A stretch of 64,000 bases of DNA from Heptranchias perlo (GCF_035084215.1 NC_090325.1:72106001-72170000); one strand, 5' to 3'. Positions 36,516-49,699 are shown, counted from the first letter of the stretch. The notes: generated by a model from the sequence alone, not told the origin. Program-made: numbers and translations.

Positions 36516-36861
36516 ATGTGACGAAGAAACCAGCATCCAAGAAGGGCGCCAGGAAAGCGATGAGTAAAGTCACAGCAAAGGGTGGCAAGAAGCGAAGAAG
36601 GTCGAGGAAGAAGAGTTACTCAATCGACATATGTTAAAACAGATTCACCACGACACCGGCATCTCTAAGACTATGAGCATCATGAACTCCTTTGTGAACG
36701 ATGTTTCAAAGTGCATCGCGGGTGAAGCTTCACGCCTGACCCATTACAACAAGCGCTCGAGCATCAGCTCCCGAGAGATCCAGACAGGCGTGCACCTGCT
36801 GCTACCCAAGGTGATGGCCTCGCACCCGTGTTGGAAGGGATACTCCGCAGTACCAAAGTAA
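36516..36861 (+). pseudogene. H2B: Histone H2B pseudogene
   Basis: KKPASKKGARK...[60 protein letters not shown]; frameshifts; no stem-loop seen. Confidence 0.92.
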
Positions 36862-38214
36862 AACTCGGCAATGCACTGAAACAAAATACAATGTTTGTTG
36901 CTAGGAACTCACTAACATTCCTTACAGCCAACGTTGCTAAGGCACAAATAACAAAGTATATCGCACATCATCCCCTCATTTGCGACTTATCATAATGCAC
37001 CCACCCATATTTTGGGCAGACGTATGATACACCTGGCATCACTTTACCAGTGTAATGGAAGAGGAAAATCCGCCCTATCATGTTTTCCTCATCACTGTTA
37101 TGCTTTGTGCAGTCTCAACTTTATTTTGACTGTTACAAAAACCTTTAAACAATTATTTTTTTAAAAAAGGTCATTAAGTACTTGGGAAACCTTCAAACAA
37201 AATTTGTGTTTGACTCATTTATCTCAAGTTTTTAAAAAAAACTTAATCCAAATATCCATAACATTTTCCTTTTATAGAACAATTATCAAATTTATTCCTG
37301 TAAACGGTGGCTCTTTCAGTGGATTCTTGCTGTAAGTTCAGTGGGGGTCTGCTGCAACGGTCACAAAAAAAGAGTCACGACCCAGATGTGCCGGGTCCCA
37401 GCCTTCAACCATAGACTCTGGGATAGCTTTGTAGGAGCACAGGCTCTGCCTGCCTCTACAAGGCCACTGTCGTAAGGAGGTGTCCAGGGGCAGGGACTTT
37501 GAGTCAAGAGTTTCCATGCCCCGGCCCTCAGTCAAGTCTCAATGCACCTTTGGCATAAGTACGTCTGACCTCACCAGGTATAAGGGGGCCACCACTGGAC
37601 CGGTGGGGGGCGGGGGGGAGGGCGGTGTCTAGGTCTGTGTCAGGACCTGGATCCCAGAAGATCGGGGAGCAGTATTATGACCTTTCTAATGAGGTAGAAA
37701 AATAACTCACAGGCAGCCCGGCCTGCCAGCTTCCACCACCATTTCTGACCCTGTGAAATTCTGCATAACTGTCAGGATAACATTTCTGTGGATTTTTGAA
37801 TATGATCAGGCAGATTTAAGGAAACTTTTATAAAATATTGGTGAATTATAATATTTGTTGATATGTATTAGTGCACAAATACTTCTGCAATTAAATAAGC
37901 GTGAAGAGAAGCTTCAGGGTAATATTTGTCTAAGGGGTTTCTACATTTTGATTTTTCACTCCATCTCCCTTTAGCATTTAATAAGATTGTGTTTTGATAT
38001 ACACATTTTTCATTACCACTCAATCCAAAGTATAACCAGGGATTTGCAGTGAAAGAAAAAACATTGTTTTGGTCTATTCCAGGGAAGATTGCCTGATGTT
38101 TGAAGTGCCCCAATTGTCTCCTACCCATTCATTGATTCTACATCTGTGAAAGGCTATTTATGTTTTCTAAAATAAATTTAAATTGAAACAGCCTCCATAT
38201 TTGCCAGTTCATCT

Positions 38215-39200
38215 TCTGCAAATTCCACTACCTACAGCATGATCCCACCATCAACGCATCTTCCCCTCCCCGCTTTCCAAATAGACGATTTCCTGCACGA
38301 CACACTAGTTCACTTTTCCAGCATCCCAACCTTCCTGTGCAAAACAGAAGATGCAACACTTCTGCCCACACCAGTGTCCAGGGCCCCAAACACTCCTTCC
38401 ATGTGAGACAGCAATTTATGTGTATTCTAATCTAGTACACGGTATTTGCTGTTTACAGTACAGTCTCTTCTATATTGGAGAGACTAAACACAGATTGGAT
38501 AGCCACTTCGCCAAGCATCTCCATTCGGCTCGCAAGCGCGACCTTAAGCTACCTATGGCTCCTCACTTTAACTCCCCCTCCCATTCCCACTCTGATCAAT
38601 CTATTATTGGGCTTGTACACTGTTCCAATGAAGCTCAATGCAAACTTCAGGAACAATGGGAGAGATTTTCAACTGCTGGCCACCTGTTTCTCAACTAAAA
38701 AACGGGCAACTAGCAGCTGGAAATCAAGGTGGAGAGGGGGAGGATAGTTTGATCACCCCATTAATGCCCAAGGCCCACTTGATGTCATTTTCAGGTACAA
38801 ATGGGTAGGGCTTGCACTGCACATGTTCAGCCTCTTTTTACCAGTGCTCCTCTTGGTTCCAAAATAAATACAGTGTGTCACTGCCAGCCCTTGCTTGACC
38901 CCTCTGGGATTGATTCTCCCCCGCTGATTAGCTCACCATGGGAACAGCCAATTTCCTGTCCTCCCACAACTGATGAGCTGCACCAGGATGCCTGCTTGGT
39001 ACTTGCAGCATTTAGCTGAGGCCCAAATCTGAATATGGTTCGTGCCTGCTGATATCAGATTCAGGTGGGTGGCTCAGCCCCTCTTTCAATTTCACACCCA
39101 TTTGAGGTTGAAGTCCAAAATCACCCCCAACACCTTATCTGTCCCCTAGGCACCCTGCAAACCGGTGATCTGAACATTGACTTCGGTAACTTCAGACTTA
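38215..39200 (+). mobile_element. Degenerate Penelope-like element (GIY-YIG region), split by a MITE
   Basis: NLVHGICC...FYIGETKHRL..HF..H, HFNSPSH, KLQEQ resuming as HLI...LGTLQ..LNI at 39131. Confidence 0.8.
38657..39127. mobile_element. MITE, Harbinger-type ends
   Basis: GGGAGAGATTTT / AAAATCACCCC, CAA duplicated; removal restores the PLE frame EQHLI. Confidence 0.7.
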
Positions 39201-39389
39201 TAACTACATCCTCATTTTCAAACCTATTTTAATTTCATACCTGACCACCTCCCACCAAGTTTTCCATTCCTCCAGTGTTCTTACATTTAGCTCTGGTCTC
39301 TCATTTCCTTTGTTATTCACATGTTCTTTGTTTCTTTAATGTCTTAATGCTTCTATTATTTGACTGGGACAATCTGTTACATAATTCCA

Positions 39390-41074
39390 TTCACCATCAT
39401 GGATGTTAGGGAACTTGGGGAAATAAATAGTGATGTCTTGAGGAGTGTACATATTACAGAGAGGGAGGTGCTGGAAGTCTTAACGCGCATCAAGGTAGCT
39501 AAATCTCCGGGACCTGATGAAATGTATCCCAGGACGTTATGGGAGGTTAGGGAGGAAATTGCGGGTCCCCTAGCAGAGATATTTGAATCATCCACCGCTA
39601 CAGGTGAGGTGCCTGAAGATTGGAGGGTAGCAAATGTTGTGCCTTTGTTTAAGAAGGGCGGCAGGGAAAAGCCTGGGAACTACAGACCGGTGAGCCTGAC
39701 ATCTGTAGTGGGTAAGTTGTTAGAGGGTATTCTGAGGGACAGGATCTACAGGCATTTGGAGAGGCAGGGACTAATTAGGAACAGTCAGCATGGTTTTGTG
39801 AGAGGAAAATCATGTCTCACGAATTTGATTGAGTTTTTTGAAGGGGTAACCAAGAAGATAGATGAGGGCTGTGCAGTAGACGTGGTCTACATGGACTTCA
39901 GCAAAGCCTTTGACAAGGTACCGCATGGTAGGTTGTTACATAAGGTTAAATCTCATGGGATCCAAGGTGAGGTAGCCAATTGGATACAAAATTGGCTTGA
40001 CGATAGAAGACAGAGGGTGGTTGTAGAGGGTTGTTTTTCAAACTGGATGCCTGTGTCCAGCGGTGTGCCTCAGGGATCGGTGCTGGGTCCGCTGTTATTT
40101 GTTATTTATATTAATGATTTGGATGAGAATTTAGGAGGCATGGTTAGTAAGTTTGCAGATGACACCAAGATTGGTGGCATTGTGGACAGTGAAGAAGGTT
40201 ATCTAGGATTGCAATGGGTTCTTGATAAATTGGGCCAGTGGGCCGATGAATGGCAGATGGAGTTTAATTTAGATAAATGTGAGGTGATGCATTTTGGTAG
40301 ATCGAATCGGGCCAGGACCTACTCCGTTAATGGTAGGGCGTTGGGGAGAGTTATAGAACAAAGAGATCTGGGAGTACAGGTTCATAGCTCCTTGAAAGTG
40401 GAGTCACAGGTGGATAGGGTGGTGAAGAAGGCATTCGGCATGCTTGGTTTCATTGGTCAGAACATTGAATGCAGGAGTTGGGATGTCTTGTTGAAGTTGT
40501 ACAGGGCATTGGTGAGGCCACATTTGGAATACTGTGTACAGTTCTGGTCACCCTATTATAGAAAGGATATTATTAAACTAGAAAGAGTGCAGAAAAGATT
40601 TACTAGGATGCTACCGGGACTTGATGGTTTGACTTATAGGGAGAGGATGGATAGACTGAGACTTTTTTCCCTGGAGAGTAGGAGGTTTAGGGGTGATCTT
40701 ATAGAAGTCTATAAAATAATGAGGGGCACAGATAAGGTAGATAGTCAAAATCTTTTCCCAAAGGTAGGGGAGTCTATAACGAGGGGGCATAGATTTAAGG
40801 TGAGAGGGGAGAGATACAAAAGGGTCCAGAGGGGCAATTTTTTCACTCAAAGGGTGGTGAGTGTCTGGAACGAGCTGCCAGTGGCAGTAGTAGAGGCGGG
40901 TACAATTTTGTCTTTTAAAAAGCATTTGGACAGTTACATGGGTAAGATGGGTATAGAGGGATATGGGCCAAGTGCAGGAAATTGGGACTAGCTTAGTGGT
41001 ATAAACTGGGCGACATGGACATGTTGGGCCAAAGGGCCTGTTTCCATGTTGTAACTTCTATGATTCTATGATTC
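39390..41074 (+). mobile_element. Young CR1 LINE, 5' truncated
   Basis: Uninterrupted RT ORF; (TTCTATGA)n tail. Confidence 0.95.
39399..40991 (+). CDS. CR1 ORF2 reverse transcriptase (open, endonuclease missing)
   Basis: KSPGPD, NYRPVSL, QHGF, DFSKAFDKV, GVPQGS, FADD, WNELP with no stops; expression not shown. Confidence 0.7.
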   Translation: MDVRELGEINSDVLRSVHITEREVLEVLTRIKVAKSPGPDEMYPRTLWEVREEIAGPLAEIFESSTATGEVPEDWRVANVVPLFKKGGREKPGNYRPVSLTSVVGKLLEGILRDRIYRHLERQGLIRNSQHGFVRGKSCLTNLIEFFEGVTKKIDEGCAVDVVYMDFSKAFDKVPHGRLLHKVKSHGIQGEVANWIQNWLDDRRQRVVVEGCFSNWMPVSSGVPQGSVLGPLLFVIYINDLDENLGGMVSKFADDTKIGGIVDSEEGYLGLQWVLDKLGQWADEWQMEFNLDKCEVMHFGRSNRARTYSVNGRALGRVIEQRDLGVQVHSSLKVESQVDRVVKKAFGMLGFIGQNIECRSWDVLLKLYRALVRPHLEYCVQFWSPYYRKDIIKLERVQKRFTRMLPGLDGLTYRERMDRLRLFSLESRRFRGDLIEVYKIMRGTDKVDSQNLFPKVGESITRGHRFKVRGERYKRVQRGNFFTQRVVSVWNELPVAVVEAGTILSFKKHLDSYMGKMGIEGYGPSAGNWD

Positions 41075-41132
41075 CATCCTACCCTCTGTGTTTGTTTGCC
41101 TCTCCATTTTTTATATATTCCTTTCCCCTTTA

Positions 41133-41385
41133 ACTTTTAGAAGGAAATGGAGATGCAGCGACAAGACGCTGCCAACTGTATGCGTTATGGTGGAGGTTCT
41201 ATTTGAATTCATTATTATGTTTTTTTGCATTTATCAGGAGACAGTAAGATTAATAGCAATATAGGCTATGGGTTTTTAATAATCACATCTACCCACAATG
41301 TAAAACAGAAGTGCTGAATGGTATAAATAATGACCAACCCAGAGTCTCAGTTATTAACTCTTAAGGACACACAGTACAGAACATA
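41133..41385 (+). repeat. Unclassified dispersed repeat (other copies 50908-51085 + and about 51105-51340 -)
   Basis: AAGGAAATGGAGATGCAG.GACAAGACGCTGCCAACTGTATG...ATAATGACCAACC shared. Confidence 0.85.
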
Positions 41386-41539
41386 ATATAGAAAAAATCT
41401 AGACAGTAACAATTTCCGATGGGTTGACCTCATGTCTTCCTTATTCAATAATGGAACAGTGTTAAGCAGCTTACTTTGTGACCCTCAAAAACCAAAAGTA
41501 ATCCTGTTAGCTATTCAAGAGTCAATTAACAGCAATTTC

Positions 41540-41950
41540 CAAACTCATGTCCCTTCTCTGCAAGTTAATGACCAGCACACTCCATATTTTCCAGTCTCTT
41601 CAGAGGTTTATCAACCCTTTATGTTAAATCTTCTTACTCTACCGCTGTATACAGCCACCTTTGCATGCCTATTGAACTGTTACCATCAGCCTTTGTCAGA
41701 CAGTAACAATGCAGTTTTGCTTGTAATGCAGAGTAATGTATGGCAATTTTCTCATCATAAACAGCCTTTCTATTTCTCTCTTTCCTTGCGTTAATTCAAG
41801 GACCCTCTCCTAACTAATTCTTCTTGTGCAACTAATTTTCAGCGAATGCCAGTAGCGCTATAGTTCAAATGCCTGCAGCCATCTTCCTACTTCAGTGTTT
41901 AACATCCAGTTTTCACCTTTGTACATTGTTGTTGTCTACCTATAAACAGT
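41540..41950 (-). mobile_element. Ancient RTE-like LINE C-terminal remnant
   Basis: Minus-strand translation RWLQAFEL*RYWHSLKISCTRRIS*ERVL resembles the RTE C-terminal RRL.AFE..CYR..L.ISW motif. Confidence 0.55.
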
Positions 41951-42009
41951 TCAGCATTCTACCTCTGATCACCAGCTTTATTTTAAGGTTGACTGTAATT
42001 GACTTGTCA

Positions 42010-43141
42010 GAAAAGTAAAAGCCCATGGGATCCAAGGGAAAGTGGCAAGCTGGATCCAAAATTAGCACAGTGGCAGGAAGCAAAGTGTAATGGTCGACGG
42101 GTATTTTTGTGTCTGGAAGGATGTTTCCAGTGGGATTCTGCAGGGCTCAGTAATAGGTCACTTGCTTTTTGTGGTATATATTAATGATTTCGGCTTAAAT
42201 ACAAGGGGCAAGATTAAGAAGTTTGCAGATGATACAAAAATTGGCCGTGTGGTTGATAGTAAGGAGGAAAGCTGTAGACTGCAGGAAGATATCAATGGAC
42301 TGGTCAGGTGGGCAGAAAAGTGGCAAATGGAATTCAATCCATAGAAAAGTGTAAGGTAATGCATTTGGGGAGGGCAAACAAGGCAAGGGAATACACAATA
42401 AATGGGAGGATACTGAGAGGTGTAGAGGAACAGAGGGACCTTGGAGTGCATGTCTACAGATCCCTGGAAGTAGCAGGACAGGTAGATAAGGTGATTAAGA
42501 AGGCATACGGCATACTTTTCTTTATTAACTGAGGTATAGAATATAAGAGCAGGGAGGTTATGCTGGAACTGTATAAAACACTAGTTAGGCCACAGCTTGA
42601 GTACTGCATACAGTTCTGGTCACCACATCACAGGAAAGATGTGATTGCACTAGAGAGGGTGCAGAGGAGAATTATGAGGATGTTGCCAGGACTGAAGAAT
42701 TTTAGCTATGAGGAAAGATTGGATAGGCTGGGGTTAGGATAGGCTTTGGAACAGTGGAGGCTGAGGGGAGTTTTAATTGAGATGTATAAAATTAGACTGA
42801 CTCGATAGAGTGGATAGGGGGGACCTAGTTCCCTTAGCAGAAAGGTCAATAACCAGGGGGCATAGATTTAAAGTAATTGGTAGAAGGATTAGAGAGGAGC
42901 TGAGGAGAAATTTTTTCACCCAGAGGGTGGTGGGGGTCTGGAACTCACTGCCTGAAATGGGTGGTATAGGCAGAAACCCTCATCACGTTTAAAAAGTACT
43001 TGGATACGCAATTGAAGTGCCGTAACCTACAAGGCTATGGACCAAGCGCTAGAAAGTGGGATGAGGCTGGATAGCTCTTTTTCGTCCGGCACAGACACGA
43101 TGGGCCAAATGGCCTCTTTCTGTGCCATAAATTTCTATGAT
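42010..43141 (+). mobile_element. CR1 LINE, degenerate, 5' truncated
   Basis: KFADDTK, LVRPQLEYCIQFWSP, WNSLP; TTTCTATGATT tail; second tail-less 3' piece at 43485-43660. Confidence 0.9.
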
Positions 43142-44672
43142 TGGCATGAGGCCAACCAAAAAATGATTGACATTTGGGAAATAGCATGTGCAATTGTAAT
43201 TGAGGATAATTATTTGCAAAGTGCATAGAATAATGAGCATAATTCAAACAGTAATGATACTGTTAAATTAAACACACTGGAGATATTCTGCTGCTGTTAC
43301 AAGGCCTACAAAACCATATTTTGTACAAAACAATTACATTTTATGACTATGGTCATGCAGAGGAGAAGCAGAAGTAAAGAACATGCATAAAAAGGGAGAG
43401 AATTAAAGAACATAAATTAATGCAGTGGGAAAGGTGGTAATGCACTATTTTGGATTTTGTTGCATTGTTTAATGTACTTCTCTATTTTTTCACCCAGAGT
43501 GTGGTGGGGTCTGGAACTCACTGCCTGAAAGGTTGGTAGAGGCAGAAACAGTCATCGCATTTAAAAAGTACTTGGATATGCTCTTGAAGTGCCATAAGCT
43601 ACAAGGCTACGGGCCAAGCGCTAGAAAGTGGGGTTGGGCTGGATAGCTCTTTTTCAGCCGTTAAATTTTTTTAATTACAGTGTTTAGTTTCTATGCACCT
43701 TGTTTGCTAGCACTGGTATTTGTACAGATTGTCCTGAGACATTCCTGTTTTCCTTTGATGTTTATTCTGTAAAAGGAATAAAAACAATAAATGTTAATTT
43801 TTTTTATGCTCTGATGCAGGGCAATACCGTCATGTTTTCTGCTTTAGCAAAAATCACATAAGTGTATGTTTTCTGGTTATTTTTCATAAAATATGGTTTC
43901 CAAAGTAAAAGGATGAAAATTTTATGATAAAATGTGTAATTTTGTTATCTTCCACTGCAGTTGCTGTAGAAATTATTTTCTCCTCAGATATGAGTGGATA
44001 GGAAAGGGGCTGTTTTGATGGCATTAAAAGGGGAATTGTAACTGACAATGGGTTTTGAGCGGGCTGAGGATGGGGTGGGACGGGCCCGACGTCATCATTC
44101 TGAGGCCCAGTGGGTTTTAACTGCTGTGTCTTATTAACATGTGATTGGCGAGCTGACTGCCTAATCGTGTCGGTGACGGGAAACCTGTCCACTTGCAGGG
44201 GGAGATTTCTGGCGGGCTATTTAAACCATAAATACACCTCTTAAAAGGAAGGTTGCATTCACATTGCTGACATTGGTCTCTGCATTTACTGGAAATATCT
44301 CAGTCTGGAAGGTAAGTTGGAAGCAAGCCGCCAGGTTTTCTGACACATCTGTGGAGGTCTTAGCTGAAGAGGTGAGGGTGTGGCGGGATGTCCTTTTCCC
44401 AACAGATGAGAAAAAGTTGCCAAAGCATAACTGTCAACAGGCCTGAAGAGAGATGGCAGAGGTAGTTAACAGTAGGAGCATCATCTCCAGGACCTGGGTT
44501 CAATACAGGTTCAACAACCTGACCAGAGCAGCAAGGTGAGTGCAAGTCTTCATATCTCCCTTTCTCTGCATTACACTTGGCAACAGAACTTCCCCCCGCC
44601 CTCTCCTCCCCCAGCAGTCTGAACACTTCCCTCCCCTGTAACACATCCTTTTGGAAACGAAACAAAATTATA

Positions 44673-45197
44673 AACAACAACTTGCATTTATATAGCACCT
44701 TAAACAAAGTCCCTTTTTATGCATGTTCTTTACTTCTGCTTCTCCTCTGTATGACCATAGTCATAAAATGTAATTGTTTTGTACAAAATATGGTTTTGTA
44801 GGCCTTGTAACAGCAGCAGAATATCTCCAGTGTGTTTAATTTAACAGTATCATTACTGTTTGAATTATGCTCATTATTCTATGCACTTTGCAAATAATTA
44901 TCCTCAAGGAGAGAGAGTTGGAGAGCTAGAAAGGTTTAGGCAGGGAATTCCAGAGCTCCATTGAGGGATTTGAATACAAGGATAAAAATGTCTACATCAA
45001 GGTGTTGGTGGACTGGGAGCCAATATAGGTCAGCGAGCACAGGGGTGATGGGTGAATGGGACTTGGTGCAAGCAGGGTTTTGAATGAGCTTAAGTTTATG
45101 GAGGGAAGATGGGAAGCCAGCCAGGAGAGCAGTGGAATAGTCAAGCCTATAAGTACAAAAGCATGGATGAGGGTTTCAGCAGCGGAAGGGCTGAGGT
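44673..45197 (-). mobile_element. L2-like LINE 3' fragment interrupted by a templated insertion
   Basis: (AAC)n-TTGCATTTATATAGCACC tail shared with the Deu-SINEs; body GGCAGGGAATTCCAGAGC... Confidence 0.6.
44710..44907 (-). repeat. 198-bp inverted copy of 43200-43397
   Basis: Reverse complement with one mismatch. Confidence 0.95.
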
Positions 45198-47198
45198 TTA
45201 CTTTGGAATAGTGGGGGATGGTTGACTGATGCAGGATAAAGGAATTGTGACATTAACCTGGAAACCTGGCGCACACCTGCATTATTCTGTGGTGGTGATC
45301 ACTGACCAGCTGCACATTGATGAAATGAAATCCTTTCCTGTTAACTAATGGTCGTGGATGGTTTTCTGGTGTCCTGATGACTACATGTGGACAATCAGTA
45401 ACCCCCTGCACATGAGAAAAGCCAATCTCAGAGCCCTTTCATTCTGACTGCTGGTGTCCATTGGGAAGGCTATGTAGTTGGTGGCCCTGGCAAAGAGGAC
45501 TGAGAGATGCAGGGAATGTCCCCTGTAGGAGCTTGGAAAGAGCCTGAGGCAAAGAAGTTAAGGGCAATGGTGACTTTCACTGCCACAGGCAAAGCATGGC
45601 CACCTGGCCCAGCATGCAGTAGGTCTTCTTGCAGAAGAGGAGCTATCCTCATGCACTGCTTCTCAGACAAATCCAGGAAACTCACTCTGTGCCTGTACAC
45701 CCTATAGGTTGGGTAAGGCTTTCATTGAGCAGCCCCTTCTCCTGTTATCTCCTAAGAGGTCCAACTGCCACTCCTTGTGGTAGGGCAGCCTGTTACTGCA
45801 GCTGCTGCTCCTGTTGCTGCTTTTCCTCCTCTTCATGCAACCAAATTAAAGTTCCAAGATTGACACCCATCATAAGCATTCTGATTGTATTGGTGCAGAA
45901 CAAATGTAGAAAAGAAACAATTTCCAAGGCAAACTTACCAGTGGAGATTCAGAAAACACAATCGCAAACAGGGACCTATTATCTGAGTGCTTGCAGGTGA
46001 GTGCCCCTTTAAATATCATTTCCAATGGCCCTTTGGAAACCAATCCCACTTGGCTTTGCTCAGCGATATCAGCGACTTCCATGTTAGTGTGTTGTAATTA
46101 GGACCTGACGCAATTTTATCATAGGACCGCGGTGTGCACGTATTCCCAAGGCTCTTGCCTGGTTCCGGTGGGCGCCTCGGTTGCCAAAAAAACTGCGCGG
46201 TTAAGATGGCGGTGGGCAGGAATGAGGTGGTAAGTCTCCTGACATGATTTTAACTCCGCTACCGCCCTGTTCCCGCCAGGTGCAGGGGAAGGAGTTAAAA
46301 TCGCCCCTTAAATGTTAGCGCTGGTGCAATGCCACCACAAATCTCAGCATAGTGAAATTCTGGGCTTGGCTATGCCTTCAAGAACTGGCACTGAAGAAGA
46401 GAAAGTAGAAGGCAAGTCAATCCACTTTTATGCAGCCTGTAAGGGCTACCTCAGGCAAATACAGAGAAATTAGAGCAGCTCCCAACCTTCCCTTCAACTG
46501 GAGATTGGTGTGTGGTTTGAAGTGGCCTAAAGATGGGGAGAAAAATGAATGTAGTGGAGGTTTTAAAAAATACATAAAGAGGAATAAATGATTTTACCTC
46601 TGATTACGTGGACAAGTTATTCTCTGCTATTTCTGGTGAAAATACAAGAAGGCTGCAGGTTTCAGCCATGGCATGCTTTACTTTCCCTTGTTTTTATTTG
46701 AGAACATTTGACCTCTGTGTTTTGTTCTGTATAAAGTATCCCTAATTTTGTCTGTGACAAATTCATCCACATTGTATTCCCTTCCACTGTTCATTCAGAA
46801 AATGTTTTCTCCTGCAGTTATAAAAAGGAATATGGAAAGTCCATTTTCCCACTCACCCTAAATCCTCCGCCCCCACATATTGTGCAGAAAACCATTTTCA
46901 GTGCAGACACAAAAGTGCTTAGCCAAAAATGCTGTTCATTATCCAGCTCAACTCCGTTGTTGGAAAATTAAGGCTTTTATCTCTTGTGAAATGGACAGAA
47001 ACCTTCTTGGAAATAGTAATCATATTTATTTATGAGCCTCCTTTATAATTGATAGATTGTATGTAGTCACATATATAGTCATTTTCAATTAACTTTTGTC
47101 AAGGAAGCAAAATCTCATTTCTTTTCTATTTAATCTTTCACCCTCACATTCAGTATTCAAATAGTTAATCCACCAGCAGGACTAAAAGATTATCGTAT

Positions 47199-47212
47199 GT
47201 TTCTATGGCAAC
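47199..47212. promoter_or_regulatory. RFX X-box motif match
   Basis: GTTTCTATGGCAAC in apparently unique DNA; motif match only. Confidence 0.45.
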
Positions 47213-49258
47213 CTTTCAACCCAGAAAATCAGTGACCTTGAAGGGAAGCTCAGCTATCTTTAAAGCACTTTGAAATTTTAGCTCTGTAGTTTTAATGATA
47301 AATAGTAAAACAACTGCAATACGTGATATAGCTGTTCCTAATACTTTTTATGCATTATCACCATAAAAGGCAGTTCTTATAGGCAACCCCACAGTCCCTA
47401 TTATCTGAAACTTAAACATATGCATATAGTATATAGCATACCGCAAGACAAAGAATCCTCCCCTAGATTGTAAACTTGTTCCTGGGAGGTACATAAGATT
47501 TCATTTTGTCTCATGTCACTCAAAAGACATTACCATGTCAGACATGTTTTATAACAGACTAAACTATTAAACAGGGTCAATAGAAAATAGAATTATTTAC
47601 AGAAGCAGGCAATATAAGCAAAATATTGAAATAAAACAATAGAGTACTAAACGTGTGGAACCAGCTCACATGGATGAATCAAACACCAGCTAGGCAAATC
47701 CCTCTGAATACAGAATTTGAGAAGAAGCACTTCTCAGAAAGAACTGATCAACCTTATTCCTCAGGGGAAACAGAATACAAACTTTATATGAATTGCATAA
47801 GTGCAAGGTCAAACATATGTAACGTGCTTTTTATATATACTTATGATCCCTGTGACAAATAAATACTTGTTTTGAAAGCCAGTCAGATAATGGTGTTCGA
47901 TTGATCAATATCAGTAAATTTTACAATGTATAAGTATGAGGTTGGCCAATAGAGTGAGAGGACAATAGAATGAATAAAGGGATTTTAACCTGAACTGGAG
48001 TGAGGGGTGAGTTCTAAGTTCTTTTTATTGACCAGCTAATTGTTATAATACTAGTAGTTGTATAATTGGTGGTGGAGTAATTTTTCTGTGATTGTGCTGG
48101 TTGATTAAAAAGATAGCTATTTATTAAATTGAAATTACTGGCGGCTGGGTTTGGTCTGATTAGCTGTTTGTAAGTGGAGTGATTACACTGACTACGCTAC
48201 TTGAGTGAGTTTAAGTGAACTGGAATTCAACCCTCAGTCAAAGTTGGCCTGAATCTACAAGTGAGATTCATTCTAATCAATTAATTCTAGATTGCACGGC
48301 AGTTAGGAACATAGAAATGGTAGTCAGGAGCTTGGCTAGTGATGTGTGCAGCAGGCACGGACTGGGCACAGGAAACGACACCAGCGCTGGAATAAGTAGG
48401 CCCGAGGCACTCTGATATTGATCCTCGAGCCTTATTTACGAGACCGGTGAACTGCTAATACCTCCTCGGCATCCCCAGGCAGTTCACCAGCAAAGATTTC
48501 AATTTCAGGCCGCTGCATCGCCAGCAGCAGCCCTCAGGTAGGTCATGGCGGGGGGGCGGGTGTGATCAGGAGGGGGGTTGAGATATGGTGGATGCTGAGG
48601 GGGAGCCATGAACAGTTTTCAGCACTGCAGCAGACCTGGGGAGAGAAGTCCTGATCCAGTAACATCGAAGGAGATTGGTGACTGAATCCTAGGTTGTTGG
48701 CAGCTGGTTACAAATGAGGATGAAGTTTGCTGATAGCGGGAGGAAGGCAGTGGTAAATGTGCTTCTGACTGTTATACACATTTCTTCTGGAGCCCATCAA
48801 GCAGGGCATTAATCGAAGATGGGAACTCCCACACCCTCTTGAAAATTTCAAGCATTGCACACAACCTTTTGCACACTCTTTCTTTGAGCCAAAGCTGCAT
48901 CGCACACTTCTCCTGCAGTGGAGGTGGAAGATGTGCAACAGCAAACAGATACTAAGACCTCCAGCCTAAAACCCTTCCCTGTTATTAGAAGGTTTCTCAG
49001 TGGACTCACTAGCCATGGATGCGAAAATCAGCTCTGGTCTCCTAGGAGCCATCCCCCACCTCAGTGTTTCTTCCTCCAAAAATTCCACCACAATGGACTC
49101 TTGCTTACTGGTGGCATCTTGGCTGCTTCCTGAATAATGGCCATTGACGTGGATAATAATTGAGTGCAAACCCTTTCTTTGCATGTAGGCCATAGAGTTG
49201 ATACAAGGAACTTAGTGCCCACATGGATGCCATCTTAAGACACCTTGCACTGAAGGGA

Positions 49259-49682
49259 AATAAAGAACTTACATTTTCACAGCACCTTTCATGACCTCAG
49301 GACTTCCCAAACTGTTTCACAGCCAATGAAGTACTTTTGAAGTGTAATCACTGATACAATGTAGGGACGTATGGCAGCCCATTTGTGCAGAGTCCCACAA
49401 ACAACAATGAGATAAATGACCAGATAATCTTTTCAAGATGTCGGTTGAGAGATAAATGTTAGCCTGACAGTCCTGTTCTTCAAATAGTGCCATCAGATCT
49501 TTTACATCCATTTGACAGTTTAACATCTCATCTGAAAGATAGTGCCTCTGACAATACAGAACTCTCTCAGAACTACACTGAAGTGTCAGCCTAGATTAAG
49601 TGTTCTAGTCTTTGAAGTGGGGCTTGAACCCACAACCTCTGGCTCAGAGGCAAGAGTGTTACCACTGAGCAAAGACTAACAC
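49259..49682 (-). mobile_element. Full-length tRNA-headed Deu-SINE
   Basis: Head with A box and GGGTTCAAGCC B box (49620-49680), body and tail. Confidence 0.85.
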
Positions 49683-49699
49683 CTAATCTATCACCTGTC

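Larger units (their letters stand above)
44030..46307. mobile_element. PIF/Harbinger copy 3 (decayed)
   Basis: Myb exon 1 AARFSDTSVEVL...RTWVQ..FNNL with GTGAGT donor at 44536; minus-strand nuclease YRHRVSFLDLSE...VAVKVTIALNFFASGSFQ; right end GTTAAAATCGCCCC followed by TTA. Confidence 0.82.
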
